A stretch of 64,000 nucleotides of DNA from a bacterium. GTDB taxonomy: Bacteria; UBA10199; 2-02-FULL-50-16; JAJFLM01. Position 1 is the stretch's first letter; each line of letters opens with the position of its first letter. The notes beneath the pieces were generated by a model that saw only the letters and a program-made list of their open reading frames with translations, was not told the origin of the DNA and made no database searches. The stretch is taken from contig CBDCFN010000016.1 of NCBI GenBank assembly GCA_965216315.1, positions 1,632,001 to 1,696,000 of the forward strand, read 5' to 3'. The position numbers were made by a program, and so were the translations under genes. Shown in pieces: positions 20,683 through 30,139 of this stretch.

Positions 20683-20689
20683 AGCCTCA

Positions 20690-21097
20690 CTAAGGAAGTT
20701 TCCAATTGGCTAAAGATCCATCATATTCTAATAATGGGCCATCTTCTTCATTTGTATAATTAGCCTCGATCATCACTTCGCCCTCAACTTCTTCTTGAGG
20801 AACTCTCAAGGCAATTCTCTCCACATGAATCGATTGCGTATCGCTCCTAAAGCGCAAATTAACTTGTTCCGGACGTATCGGCGACAGCATAATCACACCC
20901 ATGTGTTGCTTATTCGAATTAAACTCGACTGTCGCATACCGCCGGTCTTGGCCAGTCACATGAACATCCACAGTCAAACCGTAACCCAGGATTGTCTTAT
21001 ATGTCTTGACCGGCCGGGCTCCCAATTCACTAACGTACGTGAACGCCAGCATCAAAGTGGTCACCAACACCAGATTAAATCGATACGCCTTATTCAT
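20690..21097 (-). CDS. Hypothetical exported protein
   Basis: N-terminal hydrophobic signal, beta-rich mature part. Confidence 0.6.
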   Translation of the reverse strand: MNKAYRFNLVLVTTLMLAFTYVSELGARPVKTYKTILGYGLTVDVHVTGQDRRYATVEFNSNKQHMGVIMLSPIRPEQVNLRFRSDTQSIHVERIALRVPQEEVEGEVMIEANYTNEEDGPLLEYDGSLANWKLP

Positions 21098-21214
21098 TGA
21101 TTGCTTTCGTATCACAATCGCGACATGAATTCCACATCCGTCCCATAATGAGACTTAGTCGTCTCATTCTTAGACGCTTCACGCGCTATCATTAAGTAAA
21201 TAAAGCATTTTTTC

Positions 21215-21231
21215 TTGGTCTCCAATTTGCA
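21215..21231 (+). promoter_or_regulatory. Possible sigma-54 (-24/-12) promoter
   Basis: TTGGTCTCCAATTTGCA: GG-N10-GC with TTGC, 12 nt before ATG 21244. Confidence 0.3.
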
Positions 21232-21243
21232 TTACTTCATTAT

Positions 21244-22215
21244 ATGAAGTTAATAGGCACCTGCAGCCTTGCCCTCCTCATATCAATCCTCGCGTGCCTT
21301 GACCCGAGAGCGGCCTTTGAGACTTCTCGTAACACCGGCAATCCATTACAAGCGACAAACTCACTCAAAATCATCGCACTCGATGTCGGTCAGGGAGATG
21401 CAACCTTAGTCCTGGGGCCCGACGGTCGGGTCGGCCTTATCGATGCCGGCCCCCCCGGCGCAGGCCTGACCAAGATTCTCCCCGTGCTTCGCTCTATGGG
21501 CATTGATTCACTGACCTGGGTGCTTATTTCACACTATGATGCCGACCATCTAGGCGGCCTTCTCGAAGTCTTGCGCGGCGAAGATCAAGCCTGGGATACT
21601 GATGACGATATCCACTTGTTTGACTCCGTTTGGGACCGCGGTGGAAACAAGCTGGAAAGCACACCCTGGTTTGAAGAGTATGCGCGCGAATTAGGAATGG
21701 CTGATTATCGCCGCACAATATCCGTCGGGCATACGTTTGAGCTCGGCCATGGGGCCCAGGCAAAAGTCATCCTGGTTAAGGGGCGATACAACGATGGGAC
21801 CTTAATCCATTTGAATGCCGACGAAGAAAATGAATCGTCTCTGGCGGTCCTGATCGAATATGATAACTTTCGTTATTTAAGCGCTGGAGACTTATCGGGT
21901 GGAGGATTCAGCGGTACTAACGAAACCAAAGACCTAGAAACAAAACTCGCGCAATTAACCGGCGCTGTCGATATCGTACACCTCAATCATCATGGAAGTC
22001 GAACGAGCAGTAATGAAAATTTTCTCGACCGACTTCAACCTGATGCCGCTATCGCAAGCGTCGGCGTCGATAATGACCATAACCACCCGCACCCAGAAAT
22101 CATTGAACGGCTCAATGAACGCAATATCAACCTCTTTCGCACGGATACGGGTACTATCACGATTAGCAGCGACGGTGAATCGTATTCAATTCAGTCATTT
22201 TCCTCTTCAAATTAG
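21244..22215 (+). CDS. ComEC/Rec2-type metallo-beta-lactamase-fold lipoprotein
   Basis: Lipobox ILAC, LDVGQGDA, SHYDADHLGG, NESS, HHGSRTSS, HPHPE. Confidence 0.85.
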   Translation: MKLIGTCSLALLISILACLDPRAAFETSRNTGNPLQATNSLKIIALDVGQGDATLVLGPDGRVGLIDAGPPGAGLTKILPVLRSMGIDSLTWVLISHYDADHLGGLLEVLRGEDQAWDTDDDIHLFDSVWDRGGNKLESTPWFEEYARELGMADYRRTISVGHTFELGHGAQAKVILVKGRYNDGTLIHLNADEENESSLAVLIEYDNFRYLSAGDLSGGGFSGTNETKDLETKLAQLTGAVDIVHLNHHGSRTSSNENFLDRLQPDAAIASVGVDNDHNHPHPEIIERLNERNINLFRTDTGTITISSDGESYSIQSFSSSN

Positions 22216-22259
22216 CCTCGAAACCTGTATAAACACTCTTCAATGAATGGGGCTCAATC

Positions 22260-23261
22260 GTGACCGATACCTTTGGAAAGATAAATAACCTCTGCCTCGT
22301 CGTCCTGGCTGGAGTCGCAATAACGGTCGGCCTGATTTTCACTCGAAGCATACTTGTTCCCTTTGTTATCTCGATATTTATCTACGCCCTGCTTTCGCCA
22401 GCGCTGCATTGGCAACAAAACACGCTCCGCTTACCGCGTGTTCTCGCTATTTTATTAACCGCCTTTCTATTTCTTCTGTTCGCTACGATCATCTTCTATC
22501 TCGTCTCTTCATCCCTCAACAGCTTCATGATGAGTGCGGATGTCTATCGAGATAAAATTATAGCCTTCATCCAAGAGCTAGGCGGATTTGCCAGCAAGTG
22601 GGGCATTAAACTAGACAGTAAAGCGATCCAAGGCGCTATCGATAAAATTCCCGTGCTTACGATGGCCCAAAATATTACCGGCAGTGCCGTCTCTCTTGTC
22701 GGCAACACAATGCTGGTAATCGTCTTCGTCCTCTTTATGATCACTGGAGATGGAACACAACGTCAGCAGAACCAGTTAATGGTGGAAATTCAAGGCAAGG
22801 TGTCTCGCTATGTCGCCACAAAATTTCTCGTCTCGCTCGCGACAGGCATCCTCGTCGGAGCGGTGCTCGGCGGATTCGGCGTCGAGTTGACCTTGATGTT
22901 TGCGGTCTTAACGGTCTTATTTAATTTCATTCCTAACATCGGCTCTGTCATGGCAACGTTACTCCCCCTACCCGTCTTACTCCTTCAGTTTGGCCTTGGC
23001 TGGCAAACACCTGTCGTTATTAGTCTTCTCGCCATCATTCAGTTCAGCATAGGCAATATTCTCGAACCCAAAGTCATGGGGGAAAGCCTGGATCTGCATC
23101 CCGTTGCTATCCTCCTCTTCCTGATGTTTTGGGGTCTTGTCTGGGGCCTAGCGGGGATGTTTTTGGCTGTTCCAATTACGGCAATTCTAAAAATTATCAT
23201 GAGTCGCATTCAAACGACCAAACCGGTCGCCGAATTGCTAGCGGGCCGGCTTCCGGCCTAG
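22260..23261 (+). CDS. AI-2E family transporter
   Basis: FNFIPNIG, LEPKVMGESLDLHP, WGLAGMFLAVP. Confidence 0.9.
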   Translation: MTDTFGKINNLCLVVLAGVAITVGLIFTRSILVPFVISIFIYALLSPALHWQQNTLRLPRVLAILLTAFLFLLFATIIFYLVSSSLNSFMMSADVYRDKIIAFIQELGGFASKWGIKLDSKAIQGAIDKIPVLTMAQNITGSAVSLVGNTMLVIVFVLFMITGDGTQRQQNQLMVEIQGKVSRYVATKFLVSLATGILVGAVLGGFGVELTLMFAVLTVLFNFIPNIGSVMATLLPLPVLLLQFGLGWQTPVVISLLAIIQFSIGNILEPKVMGESLDLHPVAILLFLMFWGLVWGLAGMFLAVPITAILKIIMSRIQTTKPVAELLAGRLPA

Positions 23262-23273
23262 GAGGCATCAACT

Positions 23274-25070
23274 CTAACCGAGTAAATCACCGGATGAAAA
23301 CTCGAAATCCGCTTCTGGAATATAAAGCGTAAACACACTTCCCTCATCAAGCGCACTTTCCACGGTAATGAATCCCTTCGATTCATTCACGATACTTTGA
23401 ACAATAGCGAGACCAAAACCGCGACGATTTTCTTCGAGAGTCGGATCATTGTGGCTGGATACTCTGAACTCGAAGATATTGAGCAGCTTATCCTGCTCAA
23501 TTCCATGGCCGGTGTCACTAAAGTCTATCCGGACATACCGCCCCGCCCTAATATTGTGTCTGTTAAGCCGATGCTTAGGCATATTTCGCATCGCCTCGCG
23601 GTCAAGTTCAAGGCTCTGCACGCTTATTTCCAAGTATCGCTCACTTGACTCCCTCATCGCATCAATCGCATTCTGAACCAGAGCTCTTATCGCCTCTCTA
23701 AAACGACTCGGATCGACTTCGACCATCGGAGCCGGTGAGTTAACCTTGACCTTCATCTGCACACGATCATCCGTGAGCAAATCTTGCAGCGCCTCTTCAG
23801 AAATCAATTCAGCAACCTGAAAGCGATAAGCGTCACCCGCGCCGCTACTCATGCTACGCAGGCTTTCTATTTTACGAGCGGTCTCTTCAACGGTTTCTTG
23901 AGGGAGAAGCAACTGTGGAATCAGCATATCAATGATGGCTATGAGCAGTGCTTTTGCCGTCGTTGCCCTTTCCATGCGCTCTTGAGGTGCTGCTTGGGCA
24001 AACCGTGCAATTCTCTGGGCTGCCGCATTGAGCGCCACAGCAAGCTCGTCTTCACCAACTTTTATCACTAAATCTCGAAGCATTTGGAGCAAACGCCGCG
24101 GTTTTTGGACCTGCATAGAAATTTTCTGGTTTGAATTCTGGACATCATGGGCAATTCCCGCGGCGACCTCTCCAAGTATTTGCAAGACGCGCCACCTCGC
24201 GCTCCGCTTCTTCTCTTTTAATTTGTTCAGTCAAATCATCGTATGACCGACGCATGGCTGCCATCGCTTTTTTGCTTTTACTCCGGTCAATACAAAAATA
24301 GATCCCGAAATTATTGCCTGTTATCATGCGCGCGTAGAGATCCACCGAAACATAAGAACCATCACTCTCTAAGCAACCGTATATCGTTCACGTAAACTCC
24401 AGATGTCATGATATCACTGAGCACGGATCCCAAAGCGACCTAAGTCCTCGGGGTGAATATTTTTCATAAAATCTCTGTCGGTTAGCTCTGCCTCCGTGAA
24501 GCCTGAGATCCGTTCGTTAGCTTGGTTGCACATCATCAGGCCGACACCCTCGGGCCCAATGACAAAGGCACCCGCCGCGACACTCAGGCTTTCAATCATA
24601 GCGCGAAGTGGCAATACGATCTCATCATGGGTCTCAACTTCAATGATTTCAGGTTCGACCGGCAATTGGTTGACGTCGACGCGTATCATCGAAGGCTGAG
24701 AGGGCCGCCGTTTAAAGCTTCGACTCGTCGGCGGCGTTGTGGAATGCAGTGGACTCACACCCTGTCCAATCAAATCCGTTAATTCTTGGAATTTGGTGTA
24801 ATCAAAGTTGTCTGCAAGGGTCGACGCGGCCGCCCCAAGGGCCATAAAAACTCTTTGCCTTAATTCCGGAGTTTCCTCCGTCTGAGCCGCACTGGCTAAG
24901 GCCGGCGCCAGAATCTGAACCGGTTCGGCCAACAAGACGGCACTGCTCAAACGATCCCAATTGTTTCGCAAACCCTCTGTCGCCTGGCTAATCGATTGCC
25001 CCGCCTGCAACCCCGTCGTGGCTTGGAGCAGATTACTGACCAGTAAATTGTATGTCGAAATGTGAGACAC
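23274..25070 (-). pseudogene. PAS-domain sensor histidine kinase with N-terminal extension, interrupted by three +1 frameshifts
   Basis: PAS (CNQANERISGFT..IHPEDL), H-box AAGIAHDVQN, N-box NAIDAM, DTGHGI, GFGLAIV; breaks near 24433, 24367 and 24186. Confidence 0.75.
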
Positions 25071-25099
25071 CGCTATTTACCCTGACCCTTGCGGATCTC

Positions 25100-25124
25100 A
25101 TCGGAGCAAGCTCGAAAATGTTGT
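25100..25124 (-). promoter_or_regulatory. Sigma-28-like promoter, copy 3
   Basis: Minus strand ACAAC-ATTTTCGAGCTTGCT-CCGAT, about 30 nt upstream of GTG 25070. Confidence 0.65.
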
Positions 25125-25316
25125 GGGGTATTTTTGCCTATTTTTTCAGCTACTTAAGAGAGATATCTCGACTCGCAGGCCCACTTTCGCTCCTGCCCCC
25201 AGCTGATTAAAATCATTATATTTTTTAGACTTATCCACAGATCGTTCTCAAATTAATCTGCAACAAAAACGGTTAAATATTTGTCCTTTGATTCAGATAG
25301 CGCTAGTCAGGGGCCC

Positions 25317-26366
25317 ATGTTAGCCCCACCGCGCATTAACGGACTTGCAACGGCCGCCCCCGCAACAAAAGTTCCGCAGCCAGATGCGAAAGCGTATTTC
25401 ACCGAACTTTTTCGGAAGGGACTTGCGGACGTCGACCGCCTGAGTTCCGTCTTCGACAACGGCCGCGTCGATAACCGTTACATTGCAGAATCGTTAGAAT
25501 GGATGGGAAGTCAGCACAGCTTTGAAGAAAAGAATCGGCTCGTCATTGATCACTCGGTCGAAGTGGCCGCTGAAGCCGCCGAGAAGGCCTTTGCTGATGC
25601 CGGTATCCATGCCAAGGATATCGAAGCCTTAGTGGTCGTTTCATCCTCGTCAGTCGCCACACCGAGTCTTGATGCCTTACTAATCGAACGATTGGGTCTT
25701 TCGCGGCATACGGTGCGTCAACCGATGTTCGGGTTAGGCTGTGCTGGCGGCGTTGCCGGCATTTCTCATGCGGCGGATCTGGCACGCAGCATGCCGGGAC
25801 GCAATGTCCTCTTCATCGCCGTAGAAATGAACACCCTCACCTTTCAATGCAACGACATGTCGAAGACCAACTTTATCAGTTCGAGTCTCTTTGGCGATGG
25901 GGCTGCTGCCGTCGTGCTTAATACCTGGGGAGACGGTCCCAAATTTATCGGTCGCCACAATACTTTACTGCCAAAATCCGAATGGGTCATGGGCTGGGAG
26001 GTCATCGAAACAGGCCTCAAGGTCCGCATCTCTACCGATATTCCTTCGGTCGTCGATATCCAACTGCCACAGCTCTTTGAAGATGCCTGTGATCGCTGGG
26101 GCGTGTCCCGACAACAAATCCGTCACTTTATCTTGCATCCTGGCGGCGCCAGAGTACTGGATGCCTATGTTAACACCCTGGACCTCAGTGAAGAAAATCT
26201 TAAACATTCGAGTGACGTGCTTCGGGAATTTGGCAACATGTCGAGCCCAACCGTCTTATTTGTACTCGATCGATTCCTAAGAGAACCTCCTGAAGCTGGT
26301 GAGTATGGTATCTTGCTGGGCTTTGGCCCCGGCTTCAGCGCTGATCAAGCCCTCCTCCAATGGTAA
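25317..26366 (+). CDS. Type III polyketide synthase (SrsA/BpsA-like)
   Basis: Catalytic triad motifs GLGCAGG, HPGG, GNMSSPT; LFGDGAAA; GFGPG. Confidence 0.92.
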   Translation: MLAPPRINGLATAAPATKVPQPDAKAYFTELFRKGLADVDRLSSVFDNGRVDNRYIAESLEWMGSQHSFEEKNRLVIDHSVEVAAEAAEKAFADAGIHAKDIEALVVVSSSSVATPSLDALLIERLGLSRHTVRQPMFGLGCAGGVAGISHAADLARSMPGRNVLFIAVEMNTLTFQCNDMSKTNFISSSLFGDGAAAVVLNTWGDGPKFIGRHNTLLPKSEWVMGWEVIETGLKVRISTDIPSVVDIQLPQLFEDACDRWGVSRQQIRHFILHPGGARVLDAYVNTLDLSEENLKHSSDVLREFGNMSSPTVLFVLDRFLREPPEAGEYGILLGFGPGFSADQALLQW

Positions 26367-26875
26367 GCCTATTCTTTTGGATCTTCATTGCCGTTGTTAC
26401 GGTACAACGCTTATTTGAATTATGGTTGGCCCAACGAAATCAGAAAATTGCCCTCGCCGCAGGTGGAGTGGAACACGGTACCAGTCACTACCCTCTTATC
26501 GTCGCCCTTCATGCCCTCTGGCTGGTGGCCTGGATCATTGAAAGCTTGGCTCGCGGACCCTATCTCAATAGTTACTGGATTATTTTTCTCGTCTTAGTAA
26601 TGCTTGCACAAGCTCTGCGTTATTGGGCGATCAGCTCGCTTGGGAGCGCCTGGAATACCCGCATCATCGTCATCCCTGACGGCGAACGGGTCAAACGAGG
26701 CCCCTATCACTTTGTTTCACACCCTAATTACGTCGCCGTCACCATTGAACTCGTCTGCCTCCCGATGATCTTTGGGGCCTGGATCACAGCCATCGTAGCG
26801 ACTATCATTAATGCCATTGTCCTGCTTGGAATTCGTATTCCTGCGGAAAATCGCGCGCTAAAAAGTCTTCAATAA
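26360..26875 (+). CDS. ICMT-family methyltransferase (SrsB/BpsB-like)
   Basis: QRLFEL, LRYWAI..LG..WNTRI, GPY..HPNY; overlaps the PKS stop. Confidence 0.9.
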   Translation: MVSLFFWIFIAVVTVQRLFELWLAQRNQKIALAAGGVEHGTSHYPLIVALHALWLVAWIIESLARGPYLNSYWIIFLVLVMLAQALRYWAISSLGSAWNTRIIVIPDGERVKRGPYHFVSHPNYVAVTIELVCLPMIFGAWITAIVATIINAIVLLGIRIPAENRALKSLQ

Positions 26876-26913
26876 AAAAAGGCCGGATTTTCTTTACAGA
26901 AAACCCGGCCTTT
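26874..26913. terminator. Intrinsic terminator, bidirectional, stronger on the minus strand
   Basis: A-run then GGCCGGATTTTC-TTTACA-GAAAACCCGGCC then TTT. Confidence 0.7.
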
Positions 26914-26985
26914 GGGAGACGGCTGAAAGGCGCAAAGCCTTCTGCCGACCTATTGGTCACTTGCCTGGTGTGTGTCTTTATTGTC
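26874..26985 (-). ncRNA. Candidate small RNA
   Basis: Minus-strand terminator with no upstream minus-strand gene, two further hairpins, possible TTGAAT-N16-TAACAT promoter. Confidence 0.35.
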
Positions 26986-27121
26986 GAAGCATGTTATAAA
27001 TTGTTCCGCACTATTCAAGTCAGTCCGCCAAAATCTGTTTACTTGAGTTAACAATCATCGCTATAAACAACGCTAAAGAGACTATTCTAACCCTGCGTAT
27101 TTAAGAGTGTTTTTCACTGAT

Positions 27122-27149
27122 TGAACCGAATGTCCTCTCAGAGCGTCTA
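27122..27149 (+). promoter_or_regulatory. ECF sigma-type promoter
   Basis: TGAACC-N16-CGTCTA upstream of the Spy-ECF-anti-sigma operon. Confidence 0.6.
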
Positions 27150-27203
27150 AATTAATGTCTGAAATGCTAAACTAACGAGCAAAGTATTTTATAAGGAGGG
27201 CTC

Positions 27204-27626
27204 ATGAGACACGTAACCCCCGGCATATTAATGGCCGTCTGCTTAAGCTTAATGATCGGATCTACAGCGTTGGGCCATAAAGATGGCGACGGTGACCGCA
27301 AGTCAAGGTGGACGGAAAAACTGGATCTGACGGAGGCGCAGCAAGCCGAGTTGGATAAGATTAAAGAAAGTCATGGCACTAAGATGAAGGAAAAGCGTAA
27401 GGCCATGAAAGAAGCCAAACGAAAACTCGGCGAGGCGCTTAAGACTGATGCGTCGGAAGACATGCTTTGGGCCCAGTTTAAACAGCTTCAGCAACTGAAG
27501 AGCGACTTTGGCACAGCGCGTTTCGAAAAGATCCTGGCAATCCGTAAGATCTTAACACCGGAACAACGTGCCAAATTCAATGCGATGAAACGACATCATC
27601 GTCGGCACAAGAAACACAAGGATTAA
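27204..27626 (+). CDS. Spy/CpxP-family periplasmic protein
   Basis: Signal peptide, LDLTEAQ and ILTPEQ (LTxxQ) motifs. Confidence 0.85.
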   Translation: MRHVTPGILMAVCLSLMIGSTALGHKDGDGDRKSRWTEKLDLTEAQQAELDKIKESHGTKMKEKRKAMKEAKRKLGEALKTDASEDMLWAQFKQLQQLKSDFGTARFEKILAIRKILTPEQRAKFNAMKRHHRRHKKHKD

Positions 27627-28144
27627 TGACTGAAGCCAAAGCAGTCTATCTGACGACGGATCATGCTGGAGACGGATTGACGGCCCTTTATCAGGAATAC
27701 CAGGGCCTCGTCCGCCAGCTGATCTTTAATATCTGCGGCGCCGAGCATTTGGATGACCTGGTTCAAGAAGCGTGGCTGCGGGCGTGGAAAGGTCTGCCTA
27801 AATTCCGGCAACAAGCCAGCCACAAAACGTGGATCTATCGCATTGCAGTCAATACCGCCCTTGATCATTGCCGACGGCTCAAACCAGCACTCGAGTTGTT
27901 TGAGGAGCCGGCTATGAACGAAGGAACGGAGCAACGGGTAGCCAACCAGGAGCTGGTACAAAGAGCCCTACAAAAACTATCACCCGAGCATCGGAGCGTC
28001 ATGGTCTTGTCGTGCTACGAAGACCTCTCGGTTCGTGAGATCGCAGCAGTGACTGAATCAGCCGAGGGAACGGTTAAATCGCGCCTCCATTATGCACGTC
28101 AGCAATTAAAGAAATTTTTGAGCGATAATGGAGCTAACTTATGA
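27626..28144 (+). CDS. ECF RNA polymerase sigma factor
   Basis: DDLVQEAW, TWIYRIAVN, EIA..GTVKSRLHYAR. Confidence 0.92.
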   Translation: MTEAKAVYLTTDHAGDGLTALYQEYQGLVRQLIFNICGAEHLDDLVQEAWLRAWKGLPKFRQQASHKTWIYRIAVNTALDHCRRLKPALELFEEPAMNEGTEQRVANQELVQRALQKLSPEHRSVMVLSCYEDLSVREIAAVTESAEGTVKSRLHYARQQLKKFLSDNGANL

Positions 28145-28482
28145 ATAAGCCACATGACGTAGAGCATAAAGTGGATCAGTTCTTACGGGCTAACCGGCCG
28201 CTAGCGCCGCGTGCACCCCTTGATGAACTGGAACAGATTCACAATGCCATTACAAAAAATACCGAGCCACGGTGGTGGCATTTTGCCATTCCGAGTCTCG
28301 TCGCGGCGAGTCTTGCCCTAATGCTAATTGTCCCAGCATCGCAGCAGGATGTTAAAACTCCGTATGGAAATAATCTTGATACGTTCCTCGCAGAGACGGT
28401 CGGAAGCTTCTACGGGACCGATGAACAAGATGAGGCGAATCTGACTATCGGTGGTGATTGGCTCGACCTGACGGACGACTAA
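28141..28482 (+). CDS. Putative single-TM anti-sigma factor
   Basis: Overlaps the ECF gene stop, one central TM segment. Confidence 0.6.
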   Translation: MNKPHDVEHKVDQFLRANRPLAPRAPLDELEQIHNAITKNTEPRWWHFAIPSLVAASLALMLIVPASQQDVKTPYGNNLDTFLAETVGSFYGTDEQDEANLTIGGDWLDLTDD

Positions 28483-28527
28483 GCAACTTGACGATTCGGT
28501 CGCTTTAAGCCTAAATCCGGAGCGTCT

Positions 28528-29235
28528 ATGTGGAAATACCTACTTATACCCTGTGCCGCCTTAGTGGTCGGCTGTGGTTTTGGAGACATCACGGCCAATA
28601 CGATCACCGGCACGGCGGGTGATGACACCCTCCAAGGCAATTTCTCGCAAAATGAGATGCTCGGCCTTGATGGCGACGATGTGATGCGTGGTGGTGGCGG
28701 CGATGACACCTTGCACGGTGGCGCCGGCAACGATCAGCTTTTTGGCGATATCGATAATGACACGCTGAATGGCGGTCCTGGAAATGATCAACTCTTTGGT
28801 GGTACGGGCAATGACATCCTCGATGGGGGTAACGGCAACGACAGCCTTTTCGGTGAGCAAGGCGACGACACGCTCACGTATACAACGGATGTCGTCGAGT
28901 TAGATGGTGGAAGTGGAACGGATGCGCTCGTTCCCGATGATATTGACTCACTCGATCTCGGCACGCTGACAAACACCGTCTCGAATATCGAAATGGTGGA
29001 TCTTCGTGATAGTGCGGGCGATGTCACCGTCACACTTGAGGCGAGTGATCTCGAGACTCTCTCCAATGATGCTGATAAATTTTTGATTCGCGGCGATGCC
29101 GATGATGCTGTCATGGCCACGGGTTTTTCTCTTGATGTCAACAACATCAAGGAAGCCGGAATTTCATACAACCGTTACCTCTCTATCGACAGCAGTATTG
29201 AACTTCTCATTGAACAGGGCATTCAAATCCTCTGA
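28528..29235 (+). CDS. Lipoprotein with RTX-type Ca2+-binding nonapeptide repeats
   Basis: Lipobox VVGC, tandem GGxGxDxLx repeats. Confidence 0.8.
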   Translation: MWKYLLIPCAALVVGCGFGDITANTITGTAGDDTLQGNFSQNEMLGLDGDDVMRGGGGDDTLHGGAGNDQLFGDIDNDTLNGGPGNDQLFGGTGNDILDGGNGNDSLFGEQGDDTLTYTTDVVELDGGSGTDALVPDDIDSLDLGTLTNTVSNIEMVDLRDSAGDVTVTLEASDLETLSNDADKFLIRGDADDAVMATGFSLDVNNIKEAGISYNRYLSIDSSIELLIEQGIQIL

Positions 29236-29244
29236 GACAACCGC

Positions 29245-29682
29245 ATGAAAACCGTCATTCAACGTGTCAGTCGCGCCGCCGTCACTGTCGATGGCAAAAA
29301 AGTCGCTAGTATCGAGACGGGCCTCCTCGCCCTCGTCGGCTTTCACCGCGATGATCAAGAAAAGACCTGCGAAAAATTCCTTGATAAATTGCTCCGCCTG
29401 CGCGTCTTTGAAGACGAAAGTGATAAAATTAATCTCTCGGTACGTGATGTCGGCGGCAGCGTCCTGTTAGTCCCGCAGTTCACGCTCTATGGCGATACCA
29501 ACAAAGGCAATCGCCCTTCTTTCGTAGCAGCTGCCTCTCCAGAACGCGGCCAAGAACTCTTTGCCAGCCTCACGGCTCTCAGTAAAGCCGTCGACGTGCC
29601 GATTCAAACCGGTGTCTTTCAAGCGAGCATGGACGTGGAACTCGTCAATCAAGGGCCGGTAACCATTATAATGGAGATATAA
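29245..29682 (+). CDS. dtd: D-aminoacyl-tRNA deacylase
   Basis: MKTVIQRV, PQFTL, GNRPSF, NQGPVT. Confidence 0.95.
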   Translation: MKTVIQRVSRAAVTVDGKKVASIETGLLALVGFHRDDQEKTCEKFLDKLLRLRVFEDESDKINLSVRDVGGSVLLVPQFTLYGDTNKGNRPSFVAAASPERGQELFASLTALSKAVDVPIQTGVFQASMDVELVNQGPVTIIMEI

Positions 29683-29683
29683 A

Positions 29684-30127
29684 CTAAGCAGACAACGGCT
29701 GAACGACCGACAAAGTCACCGTGCTCTTCGCGACCAAGGTCTTGGGGCTGGGCTCAATCCGATACACTTCTGACTCACAGACGGTCACCGACTTGCCGGG
29801 TTTCAGCACGTCGCTCCGACAAAAGAGCCTCTCGCCGCGTGCCGGTCGCAACAGATTGATTTTGAACTCAAGTGTCAGCACAATTTGATCCGGCGTAACG
29901 AGAGTGCCGGCAGCGGCCCCGGCCGTATGGTCGGCCATCGCTGCGAGCACCGCGGCATGCACGACTTCATCCTGTTGCAAATGCTGGGCGCGGAGAGCTA
30001 ATTCCGATTCACACCAACCGGGTCCGACATCCACTAACTGCGCCCCCAACTCATTCATGAAGGCGGCCTTGCTAAATATCTCTCGAACACGTTGCTGATA
30101 TTGAGGATCTCTCGGTTCCATGGCCAC
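29684..30127 (-). CDS. PaaI-family thioesterase
   Basis: VHAAVLAAMAD, TLEFKINLLRPA hot-dog fold motifs. Confidence 0.85.
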   Translation of the reverse strand: MAMEPRDPQYQQRVREIFSKAAFMNELGAQLVDVGPGWCESELALRAQHLQQDEVVHAAVLAAMADHTAGAAAGTLVTPDQIVLTLEFKINLLRPARGERLFCRSDVLKPGKSVTVCESEVYRIEPSPKTLVAKSTVTLSVVQPLSA

Positions 30128-30139
30128 TCACCCTAATAG

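Noticed and set aside
24145..24440. Programmed frameshifting in the kinase
   Set aside because: Three successive +1 shifts without clear slippery sites are implausible; error or decay is more likely
26914..26960. Resemblance to a c-di-GMP-I riboswitch (GAAAGGCGCAAAGCC)
   Set aside because: The GGCAAAC-led P2 stem and GNRA/receptor architecture are missing; an Infernal search would settle it
28600..28880. 27-bp periodic repeats as a CRISPR or DNA repeat array
   Set aside because: They are degenerate codons of RTX nonapeptides with no repeat-spacer structure
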